Shown piece by piece: positions 9,968-19,640 of a stretch of DNA of 32,000 bases (within the stretch, counting starts at the first letter, position 1; each line of letters begins with the position of its first letter). Both the position numbers and the translations under genes were made by a program. The stretch spans positions 1,138-33,137 of the forward strand of contig CAKUFG010000022.1 of NCBI GenBank assembly GCA_934647235.1. The letters are read 5' to 3'. A model generated the notes under the pieces. The model had not been told where the DNA came from and ran no database searches. It saw nothing but the letters and a program-made list of their open reading frames with translations. The stretch comes from an uncultured Clostridia bacterium (GTDB lineage: Bacteria; Bacillota; Clostridia; Christensenellales; Aristaeellaceae).

Positions 9968-10903
9968 TCAGCCCTTTACGGCCCCAATCATAATTCCCTT
10001 TACAAAGAAGCGCTGGAAGTAGGGATATACCAGCAGGATCGGCAGAACAACGATCATGGAAACGGTCATTTTAATGGACGTTGACGTTTGCGTTACCGCA
10101 AGGTTGGCCAGCATCTCGGAGGATTCCGAGCTCTTGATAATTGCAGCCAGCGCATCCGCTTCCTTCATATAACGATACAGAATAAACTGCAGCGTATACA
10201 GCTTTGAATCCGTAATCAGATAAAGCGTATCCTGAAAGGAATTCCACTGTCCGACGGCCGCGAACACAGTAATCGTCGCCAGAATCGGAACGCACACCGG
10301 CAGTATGATCTTAGAAAAGCGCATCATATAGCCAGCGCCGTCTATCTGAGCTGCATCCTCCAGCACCTGCGGAATGCTCTCAATGTAGGTCTTCACCAGA
10401 ATGATGTTATAGGGCGACACAATGGTTGGAATGATGTATACCCAGAAGCTGTTGAGCATTTTCAGGTTCATCATGTTGATATACCAGGGGATAATACCCG
10501 CATTGAAATACATGGTAATCACAATGAAGCGATAGCACAGCTTATGGCCCAGCATATCCTGCTTGCTCATCAGATATCCTACGAACGCCGAGGCCAGCAC
10601 CGTCAGCGAGCTGCCCAGAACCGTGCGCGCCAGCGAAATCAGCGCCGCGCTGGAAAGGCCGCGAATTTTGAATACCTGCACATAGTTCTGAAAGTGGATT
10701 TCTTTGGGAAGCAAGGTAATCAGCCCTCGCGCGGACAGATCGTTATTGCTGATGGTATTGATAAAGAGATAGTAAAAAGGGAAAACGCACATAAGCATGA
10801 AAATCGTAAAAACTGTAACGTTTACCACATCGAATACGACGTCGCCAACCGTGCGGCGCAGGAACGGCTTCGGGGCTGCTGCCCGTTTTTGTGTTTTCTG
10901 CAT
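9968..10903 (-). CDS. Carbohydrate ABC transporter permease (LplC/YesQ-like)
   Basis: 311-aa ORF, multi-TM, with an EAA-type loop (ESIPQVLEDAAQIDGAGYMMRFSKIILP). RBS AAGGAG present. Confidence 0.9.
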   Translation of the reverse strand: MQKTQKRAAAPKPFLRRTVGDVVFDVVNVTVFTIFMLMCVFPFYYLFINTISNNDLSARGLITLLPKEIHFQNYVQVFKIRGLSSAALISLARTVLGSSLTVLASAFVGYLMSKQDMLGHKLCYRFIVITMYFNAGIIPWYINMMNLKMLNSFWVYIIPTIVSPYNIILVKTYIESIPQVLEDAAQIDGAGYMMRFSKIILPVCVPILATITVFAAVGQWNSFQDTLYLITDSKLYTLQFILYRYMKEADALAAIIKSSESSEMLANLAVTQTSTSIKMTVSMIVVLPILLVYPYFQRFFVKGIMIGAVKG

Positions 10904-10916
10904 GACTCTTATCTCC

Positions 10917-11843
10917 TTACATCAGAGAATTTCCGCGGATCATCTTGCTTGCCGTATTCGCCACCAGCAAAAGCGTTACGCTGACGATGGATTTAAGCAT
11001 ACCGATCGCCGTTGCCAGAGAGAAGTTTCTGCCTACCATGCCGATATTGTAAACGTACAGGTCCAGCACCTCGATGGTTTCCTTGTTCATGGCATTTTGG
11101 AAAACGAAATAGCTTTCCATGCCCGTGTTTATCAGGTTGCCGATGCTCAGCATCAGCAAAACAAAGAATGTCGGAAGCAGGCCCGGCACGGTAATGTGCC
11201 ACATCTGCTGATAGCGGTTCGCGCCGTCTACCTGGGCCGCTTCATACAGCTCCGTATCAATTCCCGCGATCGCTGCCAGGTACATAATAGCGCTCCAGCC
11301 CAACCCTTTCCACAGCTGCCACAGCGTCATCTTAAGCCAGATATGACTTGGATCCGCCAGGAAGTTGATGCCCTTGTCAATCCAGCCAAAGGATATCAGA
11401 ATGCGATTGACAAAGCCTGTATCTACAGAGAACAATGAGAAAGCAACGGAGTATACAAGCACCCAGCTGATGAAATTGGGCAATGTCGTCAGGATCTGTA
11501 CCGTCTTGCGATAACGCTTGGAACGAATCTCCGAAAGAAAGATTGCAAAGGCCACCGGGCAAACCGATGTGATCAAATGCAGGCCGCTCATTGCCAGAGT
11601 GTTGATCATTACCCGGATCACTTCTTTGGTTTGCGCGGGCGTATTGACCAGTCGCTTGAACCACTTGAAGCCTACGTATTCGCACCGGCTAAGCGGGAAA
11701 CCAGGGCGATAATTATAGAAAGCGTACCGCCACCCGGTAAGCGGAAGGTATGAAAAGATAAAAACCAACGCTAAAAATGGAAGCACCATCACCAGCAGCT
11801 TTACACTGTCCTTTCTGATGTGCAGCTTTCTTTTACTTCCCAT
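10917..11843 (-). CDS. Carbohydrate ABC transporter permease (LplB/YesP-like)
   Basis: 308-aa ORF, multi-TM, with EAA motif (YEAAQVDGANRYQQMWHITVP). Sits directly upstream of the second permease. Confidence 0.9.
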   Translation of the reverse strand: MGSKRKLHIRKDSVKLLVMVLPFLALVFIFSYLPLTGWRYAFYNYRPGFPLSRCEYVGFKWFKRLVNTPAQTKEVIRVMINTLAMSGLHLITSVCPVAFAIFLSEIRSKRYRKTVQILTTLPNFISWVLVYSVAFSLFSVDTGFVNRILISFGWIDKGINFLADPSHIWLKMTLWQLWKGLGWSAIMYLAAIAGIDTELYEAAQVDGANRYQQMWHITVPGLLPTFFVLLMLSIGNLINTGMESYFVFQNAMNKETIEVLDLYVYNIGMVGRNFSLATAIGMLKSIVSVTLLLVANTASKMIRGNSLM

Positions 11844-12017
11844 GTTGCAACGTTCCTTTCGCGCTTTTGCTTATTTGCTTTATCTGTCCTTTTTCCATTT
11901 TATTTTATACATCTTTTAATGCTGTAACAATGCAGGTTTTTTTGATTCGATTGTACATTCTTATGATCATCTCGGCCGTCTCCGCACAGCTCAAATGCCT
12001 GCAATGCCCAGTCCGCC

Positions 12018-13421
12018 TCAATTGGCAGGCGTTCCCTGCGCCAGGATTTCCCGCCGTTTCTCCGCGCCCTCGCGCCATTTCTGCGAGCGCCATCTATGCA
12101 GCAATATGAAGCCGCGCGTCAGCTCATCCAGTGCAAACGCCGTCCATACGCCGTACAGCCCCCATCCCAGGCAGATCGCCAGCAGGTACGAGCCGCCCAC
12201 GGATACCAGCCAGCCGCTGCCCTGGTTTACAATCAGCTGATAGGTAACATCCCCCGTAGCCTGCAAAGAGCCGGATATCGTGTTGTTCAGGGCACGGCCG
12301 ATTTCCACCACAAAATCAATCAGAAAAACGTTGGCGGCAATTTGAATAATCACGGGATCAGCCGTAAACAGGCGTATCAGCGGCATGCGGACGCAAATCA
12401 GCAAAAGCGAAAACAGCGCGTTGGTAATCAGCGCAATGCGCGTTACCAGGCTGCGGATTTGGTTTGCCTCTTCATAATTGCCAGCCCCCACTCGATATCC
12501 CACCATAATGGTGCTGGCCTGGCCAAACGCCATGCCCACCAGCGCAATATAATGCACAAGGTTGTTTACATACACCTTGGCCGCCACCATAGCGCCGCCC
12601 GAAAGGGCAACGACGGCGGTTGTCATCAGCTGGCTGAGCGAATACGCCAGATTGTTCAGCCCGCCCGGAATGCCGATGGACAGCGCCAGGCCAATCTCTT
12701 TTTTGGGGAACGGCTTGAGCAGCTTCAGCGATACCCTTAAGCTTGTGCGTGCAATAATTACGCAGGCGATTACCAATCCTCCCAGACGTCCGATCATGCT
12801 GGCAAGCGCAATGCCTGTAACCGGATCAATATTCAGGATTTCAGGATGATAAACCACCAGGTAATCGCCAATCAGATTGATCACATTAATTGTAAGGTTA
12901 ATCGCCAAAGGCGCCTTTACATGTCCCAGCGAGCGGCAAATACTGTTAAGCACAATCTCCACGCACGGAATCACCATAAGGCCGCCGCATATGCGCATAT
13001 ACCGAGCCGCCGCGTCTATGGAATAGCTGTCCAGCTTCATAATCGTCAGCAGGCCCTCTGAAAAGAAGAAAAAGATCAGGCCCATCACAAGGCCGAGCAC
13101 CAGGTTTGCCGCCAGCGCAATGGTGGCCAGGCGATTGATCTGCTGCTTGTTTTTCATGCCTACGGCCTGGTTAATGCACACAATAATGCCTGTAGAAACA
13201 GCGGAGGAGAGAATCAGGCACAGGTTGATATACTGGCCGGAAACGCTGACAGCGCTGACCACCTGATCGGAAACCCGGCTCATAAAAGCAACGTCCACCA
13301 GGTTAACGGTGGAGCGCAGCACATTTTCCAGCAGAATCGGCAGCGCCAGCTGCCCCAATCCAATGTTCTCCGGGCTTTGCTTTCTTTGTTCTTTTGAGGT
13401 CCAGAACAAGCCTTTTGTCAT
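12018..13421 (-). CDS. MATE family efflux transporter
   Basis: ORF trimmed to MTKGLFW (AAGGAG 7 nt upstream of the ATG at 13421). About 12 TM segments and a MatE-like N-terminus (LALPILLENVLRSTVNLVDVAFMSRVS). Confidence 0.85.
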   Translation of the reverse strand: MTKGLFWTSKEQRKQSPENIGLGQLALPILLENVLRSTVNLVDVAFMSRVSDQVVSAVSVSGQYINLCLILSSAVSTGIIVCINQAVGMKNKQQINRLATIALAANLVLGLVMGLIFFFFSEGLLTIMKLDSYSIDAAARYMRICGGLMVIPCVEIVLNSICRSLGHVKAPLAINLTINVINLIGDYLVVYHPEILNIDPVTGIALASMIGRLGGLVIACVIIARTSLRVSLKLLKPFPKKEIGLALSIGIPGGLNNLAYSLSQLMTTAVVALSGGAMVAAKVYVNNLVHYIALVGMAFGQASTIMVGYRVGAGNYEEANQIRSLVTRIALITNALFSLLLICVRMPLIRLFTADPVIIQIAANVFLIDFVVEIGRALNNTISGSLQATGDVTYQLIVNQGSGWLVSVGGSYLLAICLGWGLYGVWTAFALDELTRGFILLHRWRSQKWREGAEKRREILAQGTPAN

Positions 13422-13572
13422 AAAACGCTCCTTTCGCCACTCCGCCCAGAATTTACCAAAACGAAAAAGCCAGCGGATAGCATTGTATCTTTTTATACAT
13501 TCTACCACGCTGGCTTTCATTGATATATGCACGTATTTACGTTGTATGGTACACGCTTTTTCTATTTTTATC

Positions 13573-14910
13573 CTACGCCATCTCCTTTACCATCATCCGG
13601 AACGCACTCGGCGTCATATCCGTAATGCGCCGGAACATCTTGAAAAAGTAATGCGGCGTCTGATACCCTACGGCTTCTGCAATCTCATTAAAGCTCTTTT
13701 CTTCGTTGCCAAGCATCATATAGCAGGCCTTATCTATCCGCACCAGATTGATGTATTCTACAAACGTAACTCCCATTTCCCTATGGAACAGCGCAGAAAG
13801 ATAGCTGGGCGCAATATATACCTGCTGCGCCACATAAGAAAGGCTGATCTCCTCCTGATAGTGCTGGGAAATCACGTCCTTCGCCGCAAGTATTCCTTTT
13901 GAGGCCGGAACCGGCATACCCGCCAGCGCGTTCAGCCATTTCAGCCAGCAATCGTATGCCGCCCCTTCCCCCGCTTCGCAGAGCGCTTTCATCAATCCTA
14001 CCAGCTTCCAGGATTCCTGATGAATTTGAATCGCATCGCAAAAGCCGCCAATTTTTGAAAGGCTTTCCTGAAGCGGCTGGTTTTTTGTCATTTCATCCAG
14101 AATACAAGCCAGCTCCGTCCAGTCCTTCATTTGCCAGGCATTTATCGCCTTTCGCAAAGCCGCCTCCGTGCGATTCATCAAGGCGCTGTATGCCGCATGC
14201 AAATTCTCCAGCGCAGCCCGCGCCGGCTGAAAAGCCGTTATCTTCTGCTCTCTGAAATAAGCGGCGGCCGCGTCGGAAAAGCCCTCCATCTCCTGTTCCG
14301 GCACAACCATCAGGTCAAGGCAGTAATCGTTATGATCCCGTCCAAGCTCATAGCTGCGGGCATACAAATTCCGAGGGAACGACTTCAGCCATTCCCTGTC
14401 ATGCGAAACGATCACAGCACAGCCCTTTTCCCCTGCAAAAATATCGTCGTCCGTCATCGGATGAAGCAAATCATTAATCAGCACATTATACTGAATAATC
14501 AGACGCAGGCTTGTTATCTGCTTCTGCCTGCGTACAGCGGCTTCATCCTTTGTTTTTTGCATAACGCGCTCTACCAGGGCATAAAGCTGCTCTTTATCCA
14601 ACGGCTTGAGCAAATAATCCTGCGTCTGCAGCTTCAAGGCCTGATGGGCATACTCAAATTCATCATATCCAGTCAGCACGGCATAGTTTTCAGCGCCAAG
14701 CCCCCGAACCTTTTCTATCAGCTCCAGTCCCGTCATGCCCGGCATACGGATGTCCGTGATAAGCAGCTGCGGCCTTTCCTGTGCAAAGGCCTGCACCGCC
14801 TCCTGGGGATCATTGTATGTGATCACCTTCAGATCCGGCCAACGCCGCAGAAGAAAACGGGCTACACCGTTGCAGATAATGCTCTCGTCGTCAACAACCA
14901 TGATCTTCAT
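13573..14910 (-). CDS. Response regulator with receiver and AraC-type HTH domains (YesN-like)
   Basis: MKIMVVDDE...LLITDIRMPGMTGLE receiver domain. C-terminal AraC HTH (FNEIAEAVGYQTPHYFFKMFRRITDMTPSAFR). Its ATG overlaps the kinase stop (ATGA). Confidence 0.9.
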   Translation of the reverse strand: MKIMVVDDESIICNGVARFLLRRWPDLKVITYNDPQEAVQAFAQERPQLLITDIRMPGMTGLELIEKVRGLGAENYAVLTGYDEFEYAHQALKLQTQDYLLKPLDKEQLYALVERVMQKTKDEAAVRRQKQITSLRLIIQYNVLINDLLHPMTDDDIFAGEKGCAVIVSHDREWLKSFPRNLYARSYELGRDHNDYCLDLMVVPEQEMEGFSDAAAAYFREQKITAFQPARAALENLHAAYSALMNRTEAALRKAINAWQMKDWTELACILDEMTKNQPLQESLSKIGGFCDAIQIHQESWKLVGLMKALCEAGEGAAYDCWLKWLNALAGMPVPASKGILAAKDVISQHYQEEISLSYVAQQVYIAPSYLSALFHREMGVTFVEYINLVRIDKACYMMLGNEEKSFNEIAEAVGYQTPHYFFKMFRRITDMTPSAFRMMVKEMA

Positions 14911-16649
14911 GCCAATTTCTCCTTCTTATCTGCCTGGATGCGCACACGGCACAGCGTCCCCTCATCAGGGGTGCTGAACAGCTCTATCCCGGAATTCTCT
15001 CCAAAGAACATTTTCAAGCGCTTATGCACATTCATGATGCCAATACCGCCCTGCTCCTGGTTCAGCGGTTTGTCCGTCCCCAGCGACTGCTTGATCTCTG
15101 CCAGCCTGTCCGGCGAAATTCCAACGCCGTTATCCTGTACATCAATCAGCAGATAGTTCTCCTGCCTGTATATATGCACCTGGACATACCGGTTCCCCTT
15201 CGATCTGGAAATGCCGTGATGCACGCTGTTTTCTACCAAGGGCTGCAGAATAAATCTGGGGCATTTCATATTCGCAATATCCGCGTCGCAGATAATCTCA
15301 TAATCCAGATTAGAGTAACGCAGCTTGTTAAGCATCAGATAGTTCTTGATGTTTTCCAGCTCCCGCGTCAGCTCAATCTCCTGCTCCTTACCGCTGATGC
15401 AGCTGCGCATCAGCTTTCCGAGCACAAACAGCATATCAGCCACTTCGTTATCATCGTGCTCGTCAGCCATCATCCGCAGGGTTTCCAACGTATTATATAG
15501 AAAATGCGGCTGAATCTGCGCCTGCAGCGCGCTGAAACGCGCTGTCTGCTGCATAGCCTGCGCCATTCTTTCCTGCTCCGATATCTCCACCAATTGCTTC
15601 TGCAATTGATTATAGTTCCGTGCCAGGATGCCGATTTCATCCTCTCCGGCAATCTCAATCGGCCTCAGCGAGTCCAGCTGCTTTACCTGCGATTGCAGAC
15701 AGATCTGCTTGTTCAGCAGCTTAATGCGCTTTGTTACGCCCACATAATTCAAATATGCGGATATAAACATTGTTATCAGCAGCACTGCCACAATGTAGAT
15801 TAAGAAGCGGATAGAGCCCAGGATCATATGATAGGAGGGCTCAGCCGTTCCCGTCGCAACAAAAGCCAACCCTACTGCATCGCAGTAAATCGTGATTGCA
15901 TAATCCGAAAAGGAAAGCGCGTGGTAGCCCTCCGCATACATCTGCAGATTTTTCAGCTTATCCAGCTCCGCCTGGTCTGCGCTTGTAGAATAAAAAACAC
16001 CGTTGTCCTTGCTGCTCTTTATGATGCAGTCGCCGCCGATAATCTTGGCCATACTGTCCGTAATATCAGAAAAAATATACCTTGTCAGCTGCATTTCAAT
16101 CACGCCGACTGGCACAGCATCCTTATACACCGTTTGAATCCAGCTGGTATCGCTGCCATTTTCTCGTTCATTCGCGGTAAAATACCAGCCAGTATACTGC
16201 GCTGCAGACCAAAGCGGCAGCCTCTCTCTTGCTGCCGGACTGGCATATTCTGTTGCATATAGAACCGTGTTTCTCACCTTGCTGTGATTGGCGGATGCTC
16301 CCGTGATAAGTGCCTTTGCTTTATCGTAGTATTCATCGGCCTTCGTTTCGTCTGCCAGCGTCAGGAAAGCCGTCGTTTGCTGGCTGGATGCAATCACGTT
16401 TGAAATCGCCTTTATGCGCAGCATATCCGTCTCAAATGTATCTACTACATACCGGCAATACTGATAGCTTTTCTGCGCGCTTTGCTGCGCCAGGTTCAAA
16501 TACATCACGCTGGAGAACATAATTATGCATACCGCTAACGGAATAACCAGCAGCACAATTTGAACAATCAGGGTTTTGCTGGAAATACTGATATTCAGCC
16601 ATGAATCAATCAGGCTGAAATGCCGTTTTCCCTTTTCAGCGTTTGTCAT
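14907..16649 (-). CDS. Sensor histidine kinase (YesM-like: 2 TM, extracellular domain, HAMP, His_kinase, HATPase_c)
   Basis: ORF trimmed to MTNAEKG (AAGGAG 6 nt upstream). H-box QIQPHFLYNTLETL. ATPase motifs NSVHHG, VQDNGVGI, GGIGIMNV. Confidence 0.9.
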   Translation of the reverse strand: MTNAEKGKRHFSLIDSWLNISISSKTLIVQIVLLVIPLAVCIIMFSSVMYLNLAQQSAQKSYQYCRYVVDTFETDMLRIKAISNVIASSQQTTAFLTLADETKADEYYDKAKALITGASANHSKVRNTVLYATEYASPAARERLPLWSAAQYTGWYFTANERENGSDTSWIQTVYKDAVPVGVIEMQLTRYIFSDITDSMAKIIGGDCIIKSSKDNGVFYSTSADQAELDKLKNLQMYAEGYHALSFSDYAITIYCDAVGLAFVATGTAEPSYHMILGSIRFLIYIVAVLLITMFISAYLNYVGVTKRIKLLNKQICLQSQVKQLDSLRPIEIAGEDEIGILARNYNQLQKQLVEISEQERMAQAMQQTARFSALQAQIQPHFLYNTLETLRMMADEHDDNEVADMLFVLGKLMRSCISGKEQEIELTRELENIKNYLMLNKLRYSNLDYEIICDADIANMKCPRFILQPLVENSVHHGISRSKGNRYVQVHIYRQENYLLIDVQDNGVGISPDRLAEIKQSLGTDKPLNQEQGGIGIMNVHKRLKMFFGENSGIELFSTPDEGTLCRVRIQADKKEKLA

Positions 16650-16783
16650 ACACGTCTCCTTGCGAAAGAACAGCTGCTTCATATCAAAATGCTAATCCGG
16701 ATAACGCCTGTCAGCTTCCGCCGCACTGTATTATATCTTAGTTTATTTGCTCTGTCAAATCCGGTTGAATAGCGTCAGAATAA

Positions 16784-16821
16784 AGCAAAAGCCCCTGCTT
16801 CCGTTTTTTACAGAAGCAGGG
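16784..16821 (-). terminator. Intrinsic terminator after the SSB-like gene
   Basis: Minus strand reads CCCTGCTTC-tgtaaaaaacg-GAAGCAGGG followed by GCTTTTGCTTT. Confidence 0.5.
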
Positions 16822-16844
16822 ACTCTGAAAGCCCTTTTCTCTTC

Positions 16845-17516
16845 TTACTGCAGCGCTCCGCTATATCCCGGCCTTGATGGCGCGTCATGCTCGGCCAGGG
16901 GCGCGCCCGCGGCGCTTTCCAGCGTCAGGCGGCTGACGGATACCTCGTAGGCCGTGCGCTCCTGCACGGTGCCGTCGGGCAGCTGCTTTTGATACACGCG
17001 GCTCTGGAAGCGGCCCTGCAGCTGCACATGGTCGCCCACGTTCAGGCCCGAGGCAAAGCGCGCCGTGCGCCCCCAGGCGATGCAGGGGATATAATCGCTC
17101 TTGCCGTAGGATCGATTGACGGCCAGCATCAGGTCGGCAATCTCGCGGCCAAAGGGCGTGGTGCGGAAGGACGGCGGCTTGCACAGCGCGCCGGAGAGGA
17201 ACACAGTGTTTGGGTTTTCCTCCTCGTCCACTGGGCGCAGATGCTGCGCAAAGGCCGTCAGCAGCAGCCTGCCCGCGCCGCCCATCACCTTGTTGTAGGA
17301 TCGCAGCTGGCCGCCGATAGCCACGGTTGCGCCCTGCTGAAACTCCTCGCCCATCAGCCGCTCGCTGATGGTCAGCGGCAGCAGATCGAAGGCGCCGGAC
17401 AATCGCGGCACGCTCAGCACTGTGCGGAAAAACGCCTCGCCGAACACCTCGTGGTCAAACTGCGGGTTCTCCATGATCACGCCGGTCAGGCTCAGTTGGT
17501 TGGTAGTAATTTCCAT
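16845..17516 (-). CDS. SSB-like protein with two tandem OB folds and no acidic C-terminal tail
   Basis: ORF trimmed to MEITTNQLSL. Two SSB-like halves: NQLSLTGVI...ATVAIGGQLRSYN and NTVFLSGAL...DYIPCIAWGRTARFASGLNVGDHVQLQGRFQSRVYQK...AYEVSV. The start is uncertain, since a TTG at 17576 is also open. Confidence 0.6.
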   Translation of the reverse strand: MEITTNQLSLTGVIMENPQFDHEVFGEAFFRTVLSVPRLSGAFDLLPLTISERLMGEEFQQGATVAIGGQLRSYNKVMGGAGRLLLTAFAQHLRPVDEEENPNTVFLSGALCKPPSFRTTPFGREIADLMLAVNRSYGKSDYIPCIAWGRTARFASGLNVGDHVQLQGRFQSRVYQKQLPDGTVQERTAYEVSVSRLTLESAAGAPLAEHDAPSRPGYSGALQ

Positions 17517-17523
17517 AAAAACG

Positions 17524-18357
17524 CTACACCTCCGGTATTTTTGTTGATACGGGCTGTTGTCGGCCCTGTATATCAATGGTGGTTTCCCCCGTTAAGAGGA
17601 TTTCCGATATGGGCACTACGCTATACCCATTTTCGGCGTAATATTTCAGCACTGCGGGCAGCGCGTCCAGGATGTACTGCGAATCGTTGTGGAACAGCAC
17701 AATGTCCCCGCTTTTCACCTTGGTTGCGCGGGTGATGATCTCCTGCGCTCCGCGGTTTTTCCAGTCCAGGCTGTCCACGCTCCACTGGATGGGCACAAAC
17801 CCCTGCGCCCGCGCGGTGGTGATCACTCGGTTGTTGTAGTCGCCGTAGGGCGGGCGGAACAGCACCGGCCGCACCCCGGCGATGGCCAGCACGTTGTCGG
17901 CCTGGGTATTGAGCTCCTTGGCAATCTGCGTTTCATTCAGCTTGGACATCTGCGGATGGCTCGTGCTGTGGTTGCCAATCTCATGCCCCCGCGCCGCGAT
18001 CTCCTTCACCAGCTCCGGATACTTCTGCGTCCAGATATCCACCAGGAAAAACGTGGTTTTGATGTTGTATTCATCCAGCAGGTCGAGAATGCCCAGCGTC
18101 TTATCCCCGCCCCAGGCCGCGTCAAAGCTGATGGAGATGACGTTATCGTCGCGGTTTACGCAGTAGATGGGCAGCTCGCGCCTGCCGGATACCACGCTGA
18201 CGGTATCGGGCAGCGCGCCCACATACGCAGCGCTGATGGTCAGCAGCAGCGCAAAGCTCAGCAGCGATACCGCGTGCGCGGCCAGCCAGCCGGCGCCGCG
18301 CGGGCGGCGCTTTTTCGCCGTCTGCGGGCGCGGTACGATCACGGTTTGCTTAATCAT
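17524..18357 (-). CDS. Polysaccharide deacetylase (NodB domain, PdaB/PdaA-like), membrane anchored
   Basis: 277-aa ORF with an N-terminal TM segment and NodB motifs (ISFDAAWGGD, HEIGNHSTSHP, RPPYGDYN, IVLFHND). RBS GGGAGGGAG present. Confidence 0.85.
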   Translation of the reverse strand: MIKQTVIVPRPQTAKKRRPRGAGWLAAHAVSLLSFALLLTISAAYVGALPDTVSVVSGRRELPIYCVNRDDNVISISFDAAWGGDKTLGILDLLDEYNIKTTFFLVDIWTQKYPELVKEIAARGHEIGNHSTSHPQMSKLNETQIAKELNTQADNVLAIAGVRPVLFRPPYGDYNNRVITTARAQGFVPIQWSVDSLDWKNRGAQEIITRATKVKSGDIVLFHNDSQYILDALPAVLKYYAENGYSVVPISEILLTGETTIDIQGRQQPVSTKIPEV

Positions 18358-18529
18358 GTTTCTCCCTCCCCTTGTGCTTATCAGGCTATGCGCGGGGACG
18401 GACGGATAGAACCGGCAAAAAAACGCGCCGCACGGGATACACTATTATCCTATGCGGCGCATTCCGCGCATATGCCGCGCCCGACAAACGTCGTGCAAAA
18501 CCGCGCAAACAAGTCAAAACTCGCCGTAT

Positions 18530-18925
18530 TCAGCGTCTGCGCGCGCGAAGCATGGCGATCAGCCCGCCTGCGGCCACGCCCATCAGGATGTCGGCGGCGT
18601 AAGCATAGGGCGATAGATGCTGGGCTGTCAGCACGGCGTAGAGCATCACGCCCACGGCCATATAAATCAGCCCCACCAGCATGCCGCGCAGCAGCGGTCT
18701 GCCTGTGCCCGTGCCCACCGCCGCGCGCACGCCCAGATAGATGGCGGCCAGCTTGATCACCTGATTGACCGCGCGGATCACCCCATCGCCCAGCCGTGCG
18801 AAGGACAGCACCAGTGCAAAGATAATCACTGCCGCCGCTGTAAAGAGCGCCGCGATCAGCACGCCCCGAATCACCGCCCCGGCCGGCGACGCGCCCCGCC
18901 TGATGGCCTGCGTATGCATATGCAT
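18530..18925 (-). CDS. Small 4-TM membrane protein (TIGR04086/YrzE-like)
   Basis: 131-aa ORF with four hydrophobic segments. Family assignment from memory only. The start may be the second ATG (18919) given RBS spacing. Confidence 0.5.
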   Translation of the reverse strand: MHMHTQAIRRGASPAGAVIRGVLIAALFTAAAVIIFALVLSFARLGDGVIRAVNQVIKLAAIYLGVRAAVGTGTGRPLLRGMLVGLIYMAVGVMLYAVLTAQHLSPYAYAADILMGVAAGGLIAMLRARRR

Positions 18926-19038
18926 GCCCCCTTTCGTTTGTGGTTCATTTTATGCGGGGCGGAAGGTTAATATGATTGCAGGGAGAGTCTTTCGTTGGGC
19001 GCATTGGTGAAGCAGCGAGGCTTTGCAGCGCAATAACT

Positions 19039-19605
19039 GCACGACTATAAAAGCCTTCCCCCTGAAGGGAGCCGGAGTACCGCCCCTGCCTGTGGCAGAA
19101 TAGGGCGGGCGCAGGCTCAATGAGGCAACGAGTATTTGAGCAATATTTTGCTCAAATACGACTATGCCGAATTGCGGACAAGGTGTCGAGCCGCAGCGAG
19201 ACGGATGAGGGGGAACGTAACGGATTAATATTGCTTGCATTTCCGCGCAGCAGGCCCCCTCATCAGGCTCATTGCATTCGCCAGCTTCCCCCCTAGGGGA
19301 AGCCTTATTTGTGAGTGCTCTGACGCGGGTATCGCAGAGCGTTTGTTGACAAAAGCACGACTATAAAAGCCTTCCCCCAGATGGGGGAAGGTGTCGAGCC
19401 GCAGCGAGACGGATGAGGGGGAACGTAATGGATTAATATTGCTTGTATTTCCGCCAACAAGCCCCCTCATCAGGCTCATTGCATTCGCCAGCTTCCCCCC
19501 GAGGGGAAGCCTTATTTGCAAGCTTTCTGATATGGTTATCGCGGAACGCTCGCTGACAAGTGCACGACTATAAAAGCCTTCTCCCAGACGGGAGAAGGCT
19601 TTTAT
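19039..19605. repeat. Array of the modular hairpin repeat: ~207-bp tandem unit (19355-19561), an earlier copy carrying a ~109-nt insertion, ending in a terminator-like hairpin A
   Basis: GCACGACTATAAAAGCC recurs at 19039, 19355 and 19562. Inverted unit pairs lie at 19176-19304 and 19365-19511. GATGAGGGGG pairs with CCCCCTCATC. Lone hairpin aaaaGCCTTCTCCCagacGGGAGAAGGCtttt at 19572-19603. Confidence 0.85.
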
Positions 19606-19640
19606 ATGACAATCAGCAAAGCGCACTGCAGCAGCACGCC

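Noticed and set aside
19225-19626. Track ORFs inside the repeat arrays (19225-19626, 22086-22478, 22506-22733, 22587-22790, 22885-23067, 22914-23255, 24834-25208) might encode small proteins.
   Set aside because: They lack RBSs and are composed of translated hairpin modules (for example PLGGKLANAMSLMRG, PPHPSRCGSTPSPEGEGF). They occur on both strands and change frame between copies, so they are artefacts of the repeats.
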